A stretch of 64,000 nt of DNA from Chitinophagaceae bacterium (GTDB lineage: Bacteria > Bacteroidota > Bacteroidia > Chitinophagales > Chitinophagaceae), in assembly GCA_016708765.1 (NCBI GenBank), contig JADJFD010000001.1:179626-243625 (forward strand). Direction: 5' to 3'. Of the stretch, positions 31,784-41,985 are shown piece by piece. Position numbers and translations under genes: made by a program. The notes beneath the pieces were generated by a model, which was given only the letters and a program-made list of their open reading frames with translations, did not search any database and was not told where the DNA came from. Every line of letters starts with the position of its first letter. Positions within the stretch are counted from its first letter, which is position 1.

Positions 31784-32377
31784 TTATAAATCTAAAAAGT
31801 TTTTTAAAATCTGTTCGCCAACTGCAGCACTTTTTTCGGGGTGAAATTGAACTCCATAGAAATTATTATGAGTTAATGCAGAGCTATAGGGTTGTATATA
31901 ATTAGTTTTTGCAATAGATAATTTGCTTTCTTCTGCATAATAGCTATGTACAAAATAGCAGTAGCTGTTCTCAGCAACCTTAGTAAATAGTTTTGATTGG
32001 AGGTTTGAAACTGTATTCCATCCGATTTGTGGAATTTTGAATTTATTATTTACTGAAATGAATTTCTTAACACTTATTTTCTCAAATACACTTAAACAGT
32101 TTGTGTCTCCTTCTTCGGAGTGGCTGCAAAGCAATTGCATGCCAAGGCAGATGCCAAGCACAGGTTGTTTTAATGAAACAATAAGCTGATCGAGTTTTCT
32201 TTCTCTCAGGTAATGCATAGCAGTACTTGCTTCGCCAACCCCTGGAAAAATGATTTTATCTGCTGTTCTTATTTCTTCAGTATTGTCGGTGACAGTTGCC
32301 TGTATCCCGATTCTTTCTAAAGCAAATAGAACAGATTGAATATTGCCAGCATTATATTTTATGATTGCAACTTTCAT
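31784..32377 (-). CDS. hisH: Imidazole glycerol phosphate synthase glutaminase subunit
   Basis: PGVG, LGICLGMQLL, YFVHSY, QFHPEKS. Confidence 0.97.
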   Translation of the reverse strand: MKVAIIKYNAGNIQSVLFALERIGIQATVTDNTEEIRTADKIIFPGVGEASTAMHYLRERKLDQLIVSLKQPVLGICLGMQLLCSHSEEGDTNCLSVFEKISVKKFISVNNKFKIPQIGWNTVSNLQSKLFTKVAENSYCYFVHSYYAEESKLSIAKTNYIQPYSSALTHNNFYGVQFHPEKSAAVGEQILKNFLDL

Positions 32378-33513
32378 CAGAGTGTACCTTTTGTACTTGG
32401 CAACTGCATATTATTTGGATCTCTTTTTATCGCTATTTTCATTGCTTTTGCCCATGCTTTAAATATTGATTCGATTTTATGATGTTCATTATCGCCTTCT
32501 ACTTTTATATTCAGATTACATTTCGCGGCATCGGAAAATGATTTGAAGAAATGATAAAACATTTCAGTTGGAACATCGCCAATTTTTTCTCTTTTGAATG
32601 TCGCATCCCAAACAAGCCAACTTCTGCCACCAAAGTCAATGGCGACTTGAGCCAAACAGTCATCCATTGGAAGCGTAAAGCCATACCTTTCTATTCCTTT
32701 CTTATCTCCCAATGCTTTTGCAAATGCTTCACCCAATGCAATGGCAGTATCTTCTATTGTATGATGCTCATCAATTTGTAAATCGCCTTGCACCTTTAGC
32801 ATCATGTCAATACCGCTATGGCGGCTTAACTGATCAAGCATATGGTTAAAGAAATTAAGGCCTGTGTCAATTACACCATTACCTTTTCCATCAAGATTGA
32901 GTAAAAGCTGGATTTTGGTTTCGTTTGTATTTCTTTCATGTTGAATTATCCTTTGCCCAAGCCGGAGATATTCATAAATGGATTTCCAATTGGTAGTTTC
33001 AAGTGCAATTGATTCTTGAAAGGCTTCTTCAGTATTGATTTCATTCAAACCAAGTGTTGGGTCATTGTTCAGCCAAATCGCTTTACAACCCAGATTTTTC
33101 GCTAGTTGTATATCTGTAATTCTGTCGCCAATTACAAAGGAGTTTGCAATATCATATTCATTGTTTCCTAGATAGCTGGTTAACATACCAGTAGATGGTT
33201 TTCTATTGGGAGAATTCTCTTTTGGAAGCGATTTATCAATCAGGATTTCGGAAAAAGCTATACCCTCATTGGCTAAAGTCTTTAAAATAAAGTTTTGTAC
33301 TGGTGTAAATGTTTCTTCAGGAAAAGAATCCGTACCCAAACCATCCTGGTTGCTAACCATTACCAGTTCAAAATCTAACTCCTTAGCTATCCGGCTCATC
33401 CAGGTAAACATATCTGGATAGAACTCTAATTTTTCAAATGAATCAATCTGGTATGTGGGAGGAACTTCTTTTATTAAAGTACCATCACGGTCTATAAATA
33501 ATACTTTTTTCAT
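32377..33513 (-). CDS. hisB: Bifunctional histidinol-phosphatase / imidazoleglycerol-phosphate dehydratase
   Basis: HAD motif FIDRDGTL plus IGPD motifs [23 protein letters not shown]. Confidence 0.96.
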   Translation of the reverse strand: MKKVLFIDRDGTLIKEVPPTYQIDSFEKLEFYPDMFTWMSRIAKELDFELVMVSNQDGLGTDSFPEETFTPVQNFILKTLANEGIAFSEILIDKSLPKENSPNRKPSTGMLTSYLGNNEYDIANSFVIGDRITDIQLAKNLGCKAIWLNNDPTLGLNEINTEEAFQESIALETTNWKSIYEYLRLGQRIIQHERNTNETKIQLLLNLDGKGNGVIDTGLNFFNHMLDQLSRHSGIDMMLKVQGDLQIDEHHTIEDTAIALGEAFAKALGDKKGIERYGFTLPMDDCLAQVAIDFGGRSWLVWDATFKREKIGDVPTEMFYHFFKSFSDAAKCNLNIKVEGDNEHHKIESIFKAWAKAMKIAIKRDPNNMQLPSTKGTL

Positions 33514-34562
33514 TTCGAATAGTCGTTTAGTGCTAATACTAATTTTTTATTTTCTTCAGGAGTGCCGATGGTGATGCGTAAACAATCATCACAGAGAATA
33601 ACTTTAGAACGGTCACGGACAATGATTCCTTTTGTTGTCAGGAATTCGTATACTTTTTTTGCATTATCCATTTTTACCAAAATAAAGTTTGCGTCTGATG
33701 GATAAACAATTTTAGTTGAATTTATTTTGCCCAGTTCTTCTGATAGCCAATCCTTTTGCTCTGCTGTTGTCTTCGTCCAGTTATTGATACTTAAAATATT
33801 TCCTAATGCTTCCATCGCCAATTGCTGTGTTGCGGTATTTATATTGTACGGATACTTTACTTTATTAAAATAGTTTATGATTGGCTGGCCAGCGAAAGCC
33901 ATGCCCAGTCTTAATCCTGCAAGACCCCATGCTTTGGATAAGGTTTGAAGAATAACAAGATTTGGATATTCCATTAATTCAGGAATAAATGTTTTCTGCT
34001 TTGCAAAATTTATATAAGCTTCATCAATAACCACTAAACCATCAAAATTATTCAAGAGCACTTCAATATCTGTTCTGTTGATACTGTTGCCGGTTGGATT
34101 GTTTGGAGAGCAAACAAAAATTAGTTTTGTATCTGCATCAATGTTTTCTTCTATGGCTTCAAGATTCAATTGAAAATTATCTAACAGCGGAACTTTCTTA
34201 ACCAGTACATCATTTGTTTCTGCACAAACTTCATACATCCCATACGTAGGAGGGAAGATGATTACATTGTCTTTGCCCGGAGTACAAAAAATACGGAATA
34301 ACAGATCAATTGCTTCATCACTTCCATTTCCGAGAAAAATATTTTCTGCAGGAACACCTTTTATACCACTCAGCTTATTTTTTAATTCCCATTGCAATGG
34401 ATCAGGATAACGATTGTAATTAACTGGAAGCGGTGATCCAAATGAATTTTCATTGGCATCTAAAAAAATACTGGCTTCGCCTTTGTATTCATGTCTTGCA
34501 GATGAATAGGCCGTCATGCTTTTAATATTTTCCCTTACTAGATTATCTAAATTGAATTCCAT
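33510..34562 (-). CDS. hisC: Histidinol-phosphate aminotransferase
   Basis: [40 protein letters not shown]. Confidence 0.97.
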   Translation of the reverse strand: MEFNLDNLVRENIKSMTAYSSARHEYKGEASIFLDANENSFGSPLPVNYNRYPDPLQWELKNKLSGIKGVPAENIFLGNGSDEAIDLLFRIFCTPGKDNVIIFPPTYGMYEVCAETNDVLVKKVPLLDNFQLNLEAIEENIDADTKLIFVCSPNNPTGNSINRTDIEVLLNNFDGLVVIDEAYINFAKQKTFIPELMEYPNLVILQTLSKAWGLAGLRLGMAFAGQPIINYFNKVKYPYNINTATQQLAMEALGNILSINNWTKTTAEQKDWLSEELGKINSTKIVYPSDANFILVKMDNAKKVYEFLTTKGIIVRDRSKVILCDDCLRITIGTPEENKKLVLALNDYSK

Positions 34563-34563
34563 T

Positions 34564-35844
34564 TTACTTTTTTAATCTGATTGATATTGCATTTTTATGA
34601 GCATCCAAGCCTTCGGCTGCTGCCATTGTCATTACTGTTTGGCCAATATTCTCTAACCCTTCTTTTGTTAGTTCTTGGTAGGTTATTTTTTTTACAAAGC
34701 TGTCTAACGAAACTCCGCTGTACATAGCTGCATATCCATTGGTTGGTAAAGTATGATTTGTGCCACTTCCATAATCTCCAGCACTTTCTGGCGAATAATT
34801 CCCAATAAAAACAGACCCAGCGGTACTAACCTGTTGTGCAACTTCATTTGCATTTTTGCATATAATAATTAAATGTTCAGGTGCATATAAATCGGATAAT
34901 TCAATTGCCTCTTCAATATTGTTAATAATGACAAGCTTGCTGTTCTTTAAAGACCTTTCTGCTACAACTTTTCTCGGTAAAAGTTGGAGTTGACTTGTAA
35001 TTGCTTTATTAACTTGCTTACTTAATTTTTCATCAGTCGTAATTAAGATAACCTGCGAATCTGGTCCATGTTCGGCTTGTGATAAAAGATCGGAAGCAAC
35101 AAATTCCGGATCAGCAGTTTCGTCTGCAATCACCAGCACTTCTGATGGCCCTGCAGGCATATCAATTGCAACGCCATACTGCTGTGCCATTTGCTTACCC
35201 ATTGTTACATATTGATTTCCGGGCCCGAATATTTTAAAAACTTTTGGAATACTTTCCGTACCAAATGTCATTGAAGCAATTGCCTGTACACCTCCAACTT
35301 TGTAAACTTTTGTGATGCCACATAATTGTGCAGCAAATAAAATAGCCGGATTTATTTTACCTTTTTTATCAGGAGGAGTACACAAAATAATTTCTTTGCA
35401 CTCTGCTATTTGTGCCGGAATGGCTAGCATTAATACTGTAGAAAAAAGTGGGGCAGTGCCACCTGGAATATATAAGCCAACTTTTTCAATGCCTTTTGAT
35501 TGCCGCCAGCAAGTAACGCCAGGCATTGTTTCAATCTTCTTTACTTCTGTTTTTTGTGAATTATGAAATAGTTCAATATTTTTCTTAGCTTGTATAATAG
35601 CTGTTTTTAATTCTAATGGAACCGATAGAATAGCTTTGTCAATTTCCTTCTGATTTACAGCAAGTGATTTCAATTTTACTCCATCAAATTCTTTGCAATA
35701 TCTGAAGACAGCTTTATCCCCTTTCTTTTTTACATTCAACATCATTTTCTTCACTTTTTTTTCAAGCGAAGAATAATCGGCAATAGGTCGTTCAACTATT
35801 TCTGCCCATTCTTTTTTATCTGGGTATTCATATTGTTTCATCAT
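34564..35844 (-). CDS. hisD: Histidinol dehydrogenase
   Basis: GLYIPGGTAPL, FGPGNQYV, DMPAGPSEV, LSQAEHG, APEHL, GDYGSGTNHTLPT. Confidence 0.98.
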   Translation of the reverse strand: MMKQYEYPDKKEWAEIVERPIADYSSLEKKVKKMMLNVKKKGDKAVFRYCKEFDGVKLKSLAVNQKEIDKAILSVPLELKTAIIQAKKNIELFHNSQKTEVKKIETMPGVTCWRQSKGIEKVGLYIPGGTAPLFSTVLMLAIPAQIAECKEIILCTPPDKKGKINPAILFAAQLCGITKVYKVGGVQAIASMTFGTESIPKVFKIFGPGNQYVTMGKQMAQQYGVAIDMPAGPSEVLVIADETADPEFVASDLLSQAEHGPDSQVILITTDEKLSKQVNKAITSQLQLLPRKVVAERSLKNSKLVIINNIEEAIELSDLYAPEHLIIICKNANEVAQQVSTAGSVFIGNYSPESAGDYGSGTNHTLPTNGYAAMYSGVSLDSFVKKITYQELTKEGLENIGQTVMTMAAAEGLDAHKNAISIRLKK

Positions 35845-36701
35845 ACAATCATCTTTTCAATAGGGATTACAAGAATGCCTTCTGCACCATTGGATTTTAA
35901 TTTTTCAATTATATTCCAGAAATCAGTTTCGCTGATTACTGAGTGAACCGAGCTCCAGCCTTCTTCTGCTAATGGAAGAATTGTTGGGCTTTTCATTCCA
36001 GGTAGTAATTGGCAAATGGTATCTAATTTTTCGTTTGGCGCATTTAACAAAACATATTTATTGTTCTTCGCTTTTTTAACGGCGCTTAATCTGAACTGCA
36101 AACTTTCAAGAATAATTTTCTTTTCAGCAGAGAGTTTCTTATTACTGATTAGTATAGACTCTGAATAAAGAATTGTTTCGATTTCTTTTAATTCATTTGT
36201 AAATAGTGTGCTACCAGAGCTTACAAGATCGCAGATAGCATCAGCTAAACCAATTTTTGGTGCTATTTCTACTGAGCCGCTTATCTCATGAATGGAAGCT
36301 TGAATATTTTTCTCTTTGAGGAACGATGAAAGAATAAAAGGATAGCTGGTTGCAATTTTTTTTCCATTTAAATCACTTATCGATTGCAAAGCACCTGTTT
36401 TAGGAATGGCAATAGATAAACGACATTTTCCAAAACCTAATTTCTCAATTGTATCCACTTCTTTGTTTTTCTCTTTCACTACATTTTCGCCAACAAATCC
36501 AATATCGGCTACAGCATCTTGTACATATTCTGGAATGTCATCATCCCGCAAAAAGAAAATCTCTACCGGAAAATTGGCAGCAATTACTCGTAGTTGATTA
36601 TTGCCATTGCTTACTTCAATGCCACATTCTTTGAGCAGTTTCATGGAGCCATCGTATAGGCGACCAGATTTTTGAACAGCAATTCTTAGTGTCTCACTCA
36701 T
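35841..36701 (-). CDS. hisG: ATP phosphoribosyltransferase (long form)
   Basis: LRIAVQKSGRL, LRDDDIP, ATSYP, GSVEIAP, DLVSSGSTL, C-terminal regulatory domain. Confidence 0.98.
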   Translation of the reverse strand: MSETLRIAVQKSGRLYDGSMKLLKECGIEVSNGNNQLRVIAANFPVEIFFLRDDDIPEYVQDAVADIGFVGENVVKEKNKEVDTIEKLGFGKCRLSIAIPKTGALQSISDLNGKKIATSYPFILSSFLKEKNIQASIHEISGSVEIAPKIGLADAICDLVSSGSTLFTNELKEIETILYSESILISNKKLSAEKKIILESLQFRLSAVKKAKNNKYVLLNAPNEKLDTICQLLPGMKSPTILPLAEEGWSSVHSVISETDFWNIIEKLKSNGAEGILVIPIEKMIV

Positions 36702-36713
36702 TTCGTATTATTT

Positions 36714-36746
36714 AAAATAAAAGGGCTTACCGTTAAGTAAGCCCTT
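36714..36746 (-). terminator. his attenuator terminator
   Basis: aagggcttac-ttaacg-gtaagccctt followed by T-rich tract on the minus strand, between the leader and hisG. Confidence 0.85.
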
Positions 36747-36770
36747 GATTATGTATAGTACATAATATCC

Positions 36771-36827
36771 TCACGGCCTACTCTGAAAGAGTAAGAAATG
36801 ATGATGATTATGTGTAAATGTTCTCAT
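36771..36827 (-). promoter_or_regulatory. His-rich leader peptide MRTFTHNHHHFLLFQSRP* (his operon attenuation)
   Basis: Four His codons in five positions, a TACTTTTG -7 promoter element at 36837-36844 and a downstream terminator. Confidence 0.88.
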
Positions 36828-36931
36828 GATTGACCGCAAAAGTATGGTATTTTCAGATTAATCTGCAGTTTTACTTTTTATTTTTATTTTCGTCCCATTG
36901 ATTTATAATCAAATTTACCAATTAGATTAAC

Positions 36932-38137
36932 ATGTCGAACGAAAAGGAAAATACATCCAGTAATCTAGGGACCTCAATAGGTTCTTATTCTAGTAGAACT
37001 GAAACATTTTCTTTCGACTTGCTCCAGCCTTGGAAAGTAATTTCGCAGAATAACGTTTATATAATTTATCTGTCAGTTTTCTTGTTTGCTTTTTATTCGT
37101 TTGCTAGGCATGGTTTCAATTGGATTGGATTTTCAACTTCTTTGATTGTAAGCTTGCCCATAGGATTTGCTATTGCCTTTTTTGAAACTCAATCACAAGC
37201 GTTTCGACGGCGCCATCGTCGTAACCGTTTTTGGATTTACCTTTTTTTAAGAACATTCAGGTTGGTAGTATGGTTCATGGTCTTGTTTTTCTTCATCATG
37301 GTAATTGTGATGTGGTTAAATATCAATACATATGAAACCATTTTTCCACATAGCCTGTATGATTTCTTTTCTACAAGAAAAGTGTTTGAATTTCTAGGAT
37401 TAGCACTTTCCATTTCTATTTTCTCAAATTTTCTTGATGAATTGCATCGAAAGTTGGGAAGGGATGCTATTTATAATCTTGTGCTTGGTAAATATCACCA
37501 GGTAAAACAAGAGGAACGTTTATTTCTCTTTGTTGATCTTAATAATTCTACAGATATAGCAGAAGAAATGGGAGAGATGGAGTACAGTCATTTTCTACAA
37601 GATTATTTTTATGATATAAGCGAACCTATTGCCCGTTATTTTGGGAGAATATATCAGTATGTTGGAGACGAAGCTGTGGTTACATGGCCACTTAAGAAGG
37701 GAATTAAATTTGCTGTCTGCATCCGTTGTTTCTTTGCCATACAAAAACAAATAAGAAGATACAAGTCATATTACGAAGAAAGATATGGAAGAGTACCAGA
37801 ATTTAAGGCAGCATTACATGGAGGAACAGTTGTCGTATCGGAAGTTGGAAAATATAAATCTGAAATTGCCTATCATGGCGATGTATTGAATGCTACAGCA
37901 AGAATGCTGGGTAAATGCCATGAATTAGCATCTGAATTACTGGTTTCAGATGCTGTACTTAAACTGGTTGAATTGCCCAAATATCTAAAGGCGGATCAAA
38001 TGGGAACATTTCAGTTAAAAGGTAAAATACAGGAAATGGGATTACATTCTGTATATCTATCCAAAAATAGGGATGCATTAATACAGAATCGCCGTCGTTT
38101 TTTTAGCAGAAAAAGGCAAAAAAGCATTGCCAACTAA
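36932..38137 (+). CDS. Membrane-anchored class III adenylate/guanylate cyclase-domain protein
   Basis: Several N-terminal TMs; LFLFVDLNNST, IYQYVGDEAV, KAALHGG, AYHGDVLNATAR. Confidence 0.88.
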   Translation: MSNEKENTSSNLGTSIGSYSSRTETFSFDLLQPWKVISQNNVYIIYLSVFLFAFYSFARHGFNWIGFSTSLIVSLPIGFAIAFFETQSQAFRRRHRRNRFWIYLFLRTFRLVVWFMVLFFFIMVIVMWLNINTYETIFPHSLYDFFSTRKVFEFLGLALSISIFSNFLDELHRKLGRDAIYNLVLGKYHQVKQEERLFLFVDLNNSTDIAEEMGEMEYSHFLQDYFYDISEPIARYFGRIYQYVGDEAVVTWPLKKGIKFAVCIRCFFAIQKQIRRYKSYYEERYGRVPEFKAALHGGTVVVSEVGKYKSEIAYHGDVLNATARMLGKCHELASELLVSDAVLKLVELPKYLKADQMGTFQLKGKIQEMGLHSVYLSKNRDALIQNRRRFFSRKRQKSIAN

Positions 38138-38508
38138 ATTAATACCAGATTTTTTGATGTTGGAATTAGCCTCTGAACTTTGAACTTGCTTGAGGATTTC
38201 CTGGGCAGCCATATTTTTGCGAAGAACAGGCTGAAAGGAATACAATTACCATTAAAATAGCTAAAACTGTAAGAAATTTATTTTTCATTAGATGGATATT
38301 TGAAGGTAAACGGAAATTTGCTCAAAATATTTTGTTGGATAAAGGTAAGAAGTCTTTTTCGTTTATTTTTATACAAAATGATTCTTATAAATGCTTGATT
38401 TTCTTCATTTCGTATGCAGTTTTTTGCGACGAACCCTTTTTTTAAAGGAATATAATCTGTTACCTTTACCATCTTTAATATTATAAAATAAGAGAAATTA
38501 CTAACCTG

Positions 38509-39276
38509 ATGCTACAACTTAAAAAGCCCTTAGCCTTTATTGACCTTGAAACAACTGGTGTAAATCCAGGATCTGACCGTATCGTTGAAATTGCCATTGT
38601 AAAAGTATTGACAGATGGTACCAAGAGTGTAAAATGCAAACGCATCAATCCCGGAATGCCCATACCCAAAAGCTCTAGCGATATACATGGTATTACGGAC
38701 GAAATGGTAAAGGATGAACCAACTTTTAAACAAGTGGCACAGGAATTAAAGCAAATGCTGGATGGTTGCGATTTCGCCGGATATAATTCTAATCGTTTTG
38801 ATATTCCGTTATTGATGGAGGAATTTCTAAGAGCCGATGTCGATTTTGACATGAAGAACAGAAAATTGCTTGATGTTCAGAATATCTTTCACAAAATGGA
38901 ACCAAGAACATTAACTGCCGCATACAAATTCTATTGTAGTAAAACTTTAGATGGGGCTCATAGCGCAGAAGTAGATGCATCGGCAACCTATGAAATTTTG
39001 GAAGCCCAGTTAAAGCATTACAGTGAACTTGGTAATAATTTAGACTCCATTCTTAAAGTAATTGGCGAGGATCAAGTGGTGGATTTTGCCCGCCGGTTTG
39101 TAATGGAAAATGGAACCGAAGTATTCAACTTTGGTAAATTTAAAGGTCGTCCGGTTTCAGAAGTTCTAAAAGCAGAACCTCAATATTACGATTGGATGAT
39201 GAAAGGCGATTTTCCACAACATACCAAGCAGAAACTGACAGAGATTTACACCCGTACCATGCTTAAGAAAAGCTAA
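38509..39276 (+). CDS. DEDDh 3'-5' exonuclease (DnaQ-like)
   Basis: FIDLETTG, GYNSNRFD, AHSAEVD; C-terminal FGKFKG. Confidence 0.92.
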   Translation: MLQLKKPLAFIDLETTGVNPGSDRIVEIAIVKVLTDGTKSVKCKRINPGMPIPKSSSDIHGITDEMVKDEPTFKQVAQELKQMLDGCDFAGYNSNRFDIPLLMEEFLRADVDFDMKNRKLLDVQNIFHKMEPRTLTAAYKFYCSKTLDGAHSAEVDASATYEILEAQLKHYSELGNNLDSILKVIGEDQVVDFARRFVMENGTEVFNFGKFKGRPVSEVLKAEPQYYDWMMKGDFPQHTKQKLTEIYTRTMLKKS

Positions 39277-39362
39277 CGGAAGCATTAAGAACCGTTTAAT
39301 TTTTTAACACAGCATCTCTACTGTTTTTCGTAAATTCGATATTTACAATATATATTTATTGA

Positions 39363-40139
39363 GTGGAAAAATTAGTTATCATTCCTACATATAATGAGAA
39401 GGAGAATATCAGCAACATTCTTCATGCCATCTTCAATTTGAATGATGGCTTTCATGTATTGGTTATTGACGATGGCTCACCTGACGGTACGGCTCAAATT
39501 GTACTGGAGCTTATTCCTAAATTTTCCGGTAAAATATTTATAGAAGAAAGAACTGGTAAGCTAGGATTAGGAACAGCCTATATTCATGGCTTTAAATGGG
39601 CAATTGAAAAGGGATACCAATTTATTTTTGAAATTGACGCAGACTTTTCTCACAATCCAAATGATTTGCCAAAGCTTTACAATGCCTGTAAAAATGATGG
39701 AGCTGATGTTGCCGTTGGGTCGAGGTATATAAAAGGTGGTGGCGTAGTTAACTGGCCTACCAATCGAATTGCATTATCAAAAGGAGCTTCTCTCTATACA
39801 AGAATGATTACCTGGATGCCGGTAAAAGATCCTACTGCCGGGTTTGTTTGTTATAAAAAGGAAGTGCTTGAAACAATTAATCTTGATGAAATTCGATTTG
39901 TAGGCTATGCATTCCAGATTGAAATGAAATTTGCCGCCTGGAAATTAGGTTTTAAAGTAAAAGAAGTGCCAATCATATTTCAAGACAGAACCTACGGCGT
40001 TTCAAAAATGAACAAAGGGATTGTAAAGGAAGGAATACTTGGTGTACTAAAGTTGCGTTGGAACAGTATGTTTAAAAATTATAGAAAACGGGTAAAAAAA
40101 AATGATACTTTAAAGGCTGTGCCGTTGAATAACAAGTAA
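39363..40139 (+). CDS. Polyprenol monophosphomannose synthase-like GT2 glycosyltransferase
   Basis: IIPTYNE, IDDGSPDGT, EIDADFSH, GSRY, GYAFQIEMK. Confidence 0.9.
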   Translation: MEKLVIIPTYNEKENISNILHAIFNLNDGFHVLVIDDGSPDGTAQIVLELIPKFSGKIFIEERTGKLGLGTAYIHGFKWAIEKGYQFIFEIDADFSHNPNDLPKLYNACKNDGADVAVGSRYIKGGGVVNWPTNRIALSKGASLYTRMITWMPVKDPTAGFVCYKKEVLETINLDEIRFVGYAFQIEMKFAAWKLGFKVKEVPIIFQDRTYGVSKMNKGIVKEGILGVLKLRWNSMFKNYRKRVKKNDTLKAVPLNNK

Positions 40140-40202
40140 GTTCCGGTTGAAATAAAATATCTCCACTATTTTATAATCTCTTTTCTTTAGTTTGCAGGGC
40201 GA

Positions 40203-41096
40203 ATGAAAAAAGCCTTTCTTCAACTGCATATTGCCGTTTTTCTTGCCGGGTTTACTGGAATTCTTGGTAGACTTATTACCTTAAATGAAGGGATGATAGT
40301 ATGGTATAGACTCTTGCTGACCGCGGCTACCATGTGGATTTTATTTGGCCTTATGAAGAAGCTGCAAAAGATCCCTTTAATTGACATTATTAAAATTTCT
40401 GCGGTTGGTTTTATTGCAGCTATGCATTGGATAACATTTTATGGCTCCATAAAATATTCGAATGTATCAGTATCGCTGGTTTGTTTCTCTGCCATCAGTT
40501 TCTTTACAGCTTTGTTTGAACCAGTGATTTTAAAAAAGAAGATGAACTGGACCGAGTTAGCTCTTGGCCTTATTACATTAAGCGGTATTTATATCATCTT
40601 TCATTTTGATACGCATTACAAAACAGGTATCATTTTGGGAATAATATCAGCCATTCTTGCATCCTTATTTCCCATTTTCAATCGGGAGTTTTTAAAAAGA
40701 ACAAATGTTGAAACTATGCTAACCTGGCAGCAAACCGGCGGTCTTTTAGTATTGTCATTACTTATGCCTTTTTATTTGCAAAAATTCCCGGTAGATAGTT
40801 TTATTCCATCATTAGAAAACCTAGGTTGGTTATTGGTATTGGCTTGGTTCTGTTCAGTATTGGCATTCAAACTTTCAGGAAATGCATTGAAAAGACTTTC
40901 CGCTTTCACAGTGAATCTTTCTTATAATCTGGAGCCAGTCTATGGAATTATACTAGCTTTCATTGTGTACAAAGAAAACGAGTTTCTTAGCAAATGGTTT
41001 TATGTTGGTTTCGCCATTATTGCAGTGGCATTGATAATCCATATTTATTTATTAGTTAAAGTAGAAAAGAAGATAATAGAAAATGCAGTCAGCTGA
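40203..41096 (+). CDS. EamA/DMT-family transporter
   Basis: Ten TM-like segments; NLEPVYGI. Confidence 0.88.
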   Translation: MKKAFLQLHIAVFLAGFTGILGRLITLNEGMIVWYRLLLTAATMWILFGLMKKLQKIPLIDIIKISAVGFIAAMHWITFYGSIKYSNVSVSLVCFSAISFFTALFEPVILKKKMNWTELALGLITLSGIYIIFHFDTHYKTGIILGIISAILASLFPIFNREFLKRTNVETMLTWQQTGGLLVLSLLMPFYLQKFPVDSFIPSLENLGWLLVLAWFCSVLAFKLSGNALKRLSAFTVNLSYNLEPVYGIILAFIVYKENEFLSKWFYVGFAIIAVALIIHIYLLVKVEKKIIENAVS

Positions 41097-41937
41097 TTAC
41101 CATAAAAGAATAATTGAATATTATAAAGACACCGAGAATGCTTACAAAGATTCCTGGGATTTGAATAACAGCCTCGCCATTCATTATGGTTATTGGGATG
41201 AAAAAGTAAATTCTTTTCCAGAATCATTGTTACGAATGAATGAAATAATGATTGAAACAGCAGAAATCAAATCCACTGATAAAGTGCTAGATGCAGGTTG
41301 CGGTGTAGGTGGTAGCAGTATTTTTATGGCAACCGTGTTAGGTTGTAAAGTAACAGGCATTACTCTAAGTGAACGGCAGGTGCAACAAGCAAATGAAAAC
41401 GCTGCAAAAAAAAATGTAGAGGATTTAGTCAATTTTAAAGCGATGGATTATAGTGCAACTGATTTTCCGGATGCAAGTTTTGATGTGGTGTGGGGCTGCG
41501 AAAGCATTTGCTATGCTGATGATAAGGAAAAATTTATCAAAGAAGCATTTCGGTTATTAAAACCCGGAGGAAGATTAGTAGTGGCAGATGGGTTTGTTAC
41601 TGATTTTACAAACAATGAGAATCCTATTATCAGTCAATGGGCAGATGGATGGCAGGTAAATTATCTAGAATCGCCGGAAAGGTTTAAAAATTTCATGCAA
41701 GCCGCTGGCTTTACAGATATTAATTATCATAATATATCAAAACAAGCTTCTCATTCTTCCCGGCGATTGTACCGGTTTTATTTTCTGGCGAAGCTTTATC
41801 TGCTTTGGAAAAAAGTCAATTTCTCCAAACCCGCAACCGATATGCAGAAGAAAAATATTATGGCTTGTAAATATCAATACAAGGGAATGAAAAAAGGGCT
41901 TTGGCAATATGGTATTGCCGTTGGTAAAAAGCCGTAA
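41083..41937 (+). CDS. Class I SAM-dependent methyltransferase (tocopherol/sterol C-methyltransferase-like)
   Basis: IHYGYWD, VLDAGCGVGGS, GITLSERQ, FDVVWGCES, LKPGGRL. Confidence 0.85.
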   Translation: MQSADYHKRIIEYYKDTENAYKDSWDLNNSLAIHYGYWDEKVNSFPESLLRMNEIMIETAEIKSTDKVLDAGCGVGGSSIFMATVLGCKVTGITLSERQVQQANENAAKKNVEDLVNFKAMDYSATDFPDASFDVVWGCESICYADDKEKFIKEAFRLLKPGGRLVVADGFVTDFTNNENPIISQWADGWQVNYLESPERFKNFMQAAGFTDINYHNISKQASHSSRRLYRFYFLAKLYLLWKKVNFSKPATDMQKKNIMACKYQYKGMKKGLWQYGIAVGKKP

Positions 41938-41985
41938 GATATTTGCCATTTCACCATTATCTTTAAGGGATCCAAAACTATACAA

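Noticed and set aside
38278-38472. 64-aa ORF between the cyclase and exonuclease genes
   Set aside because: It has no recognisable motif, lies in AT-rich intergenic DNA and has no supporting signals; probably spurious.
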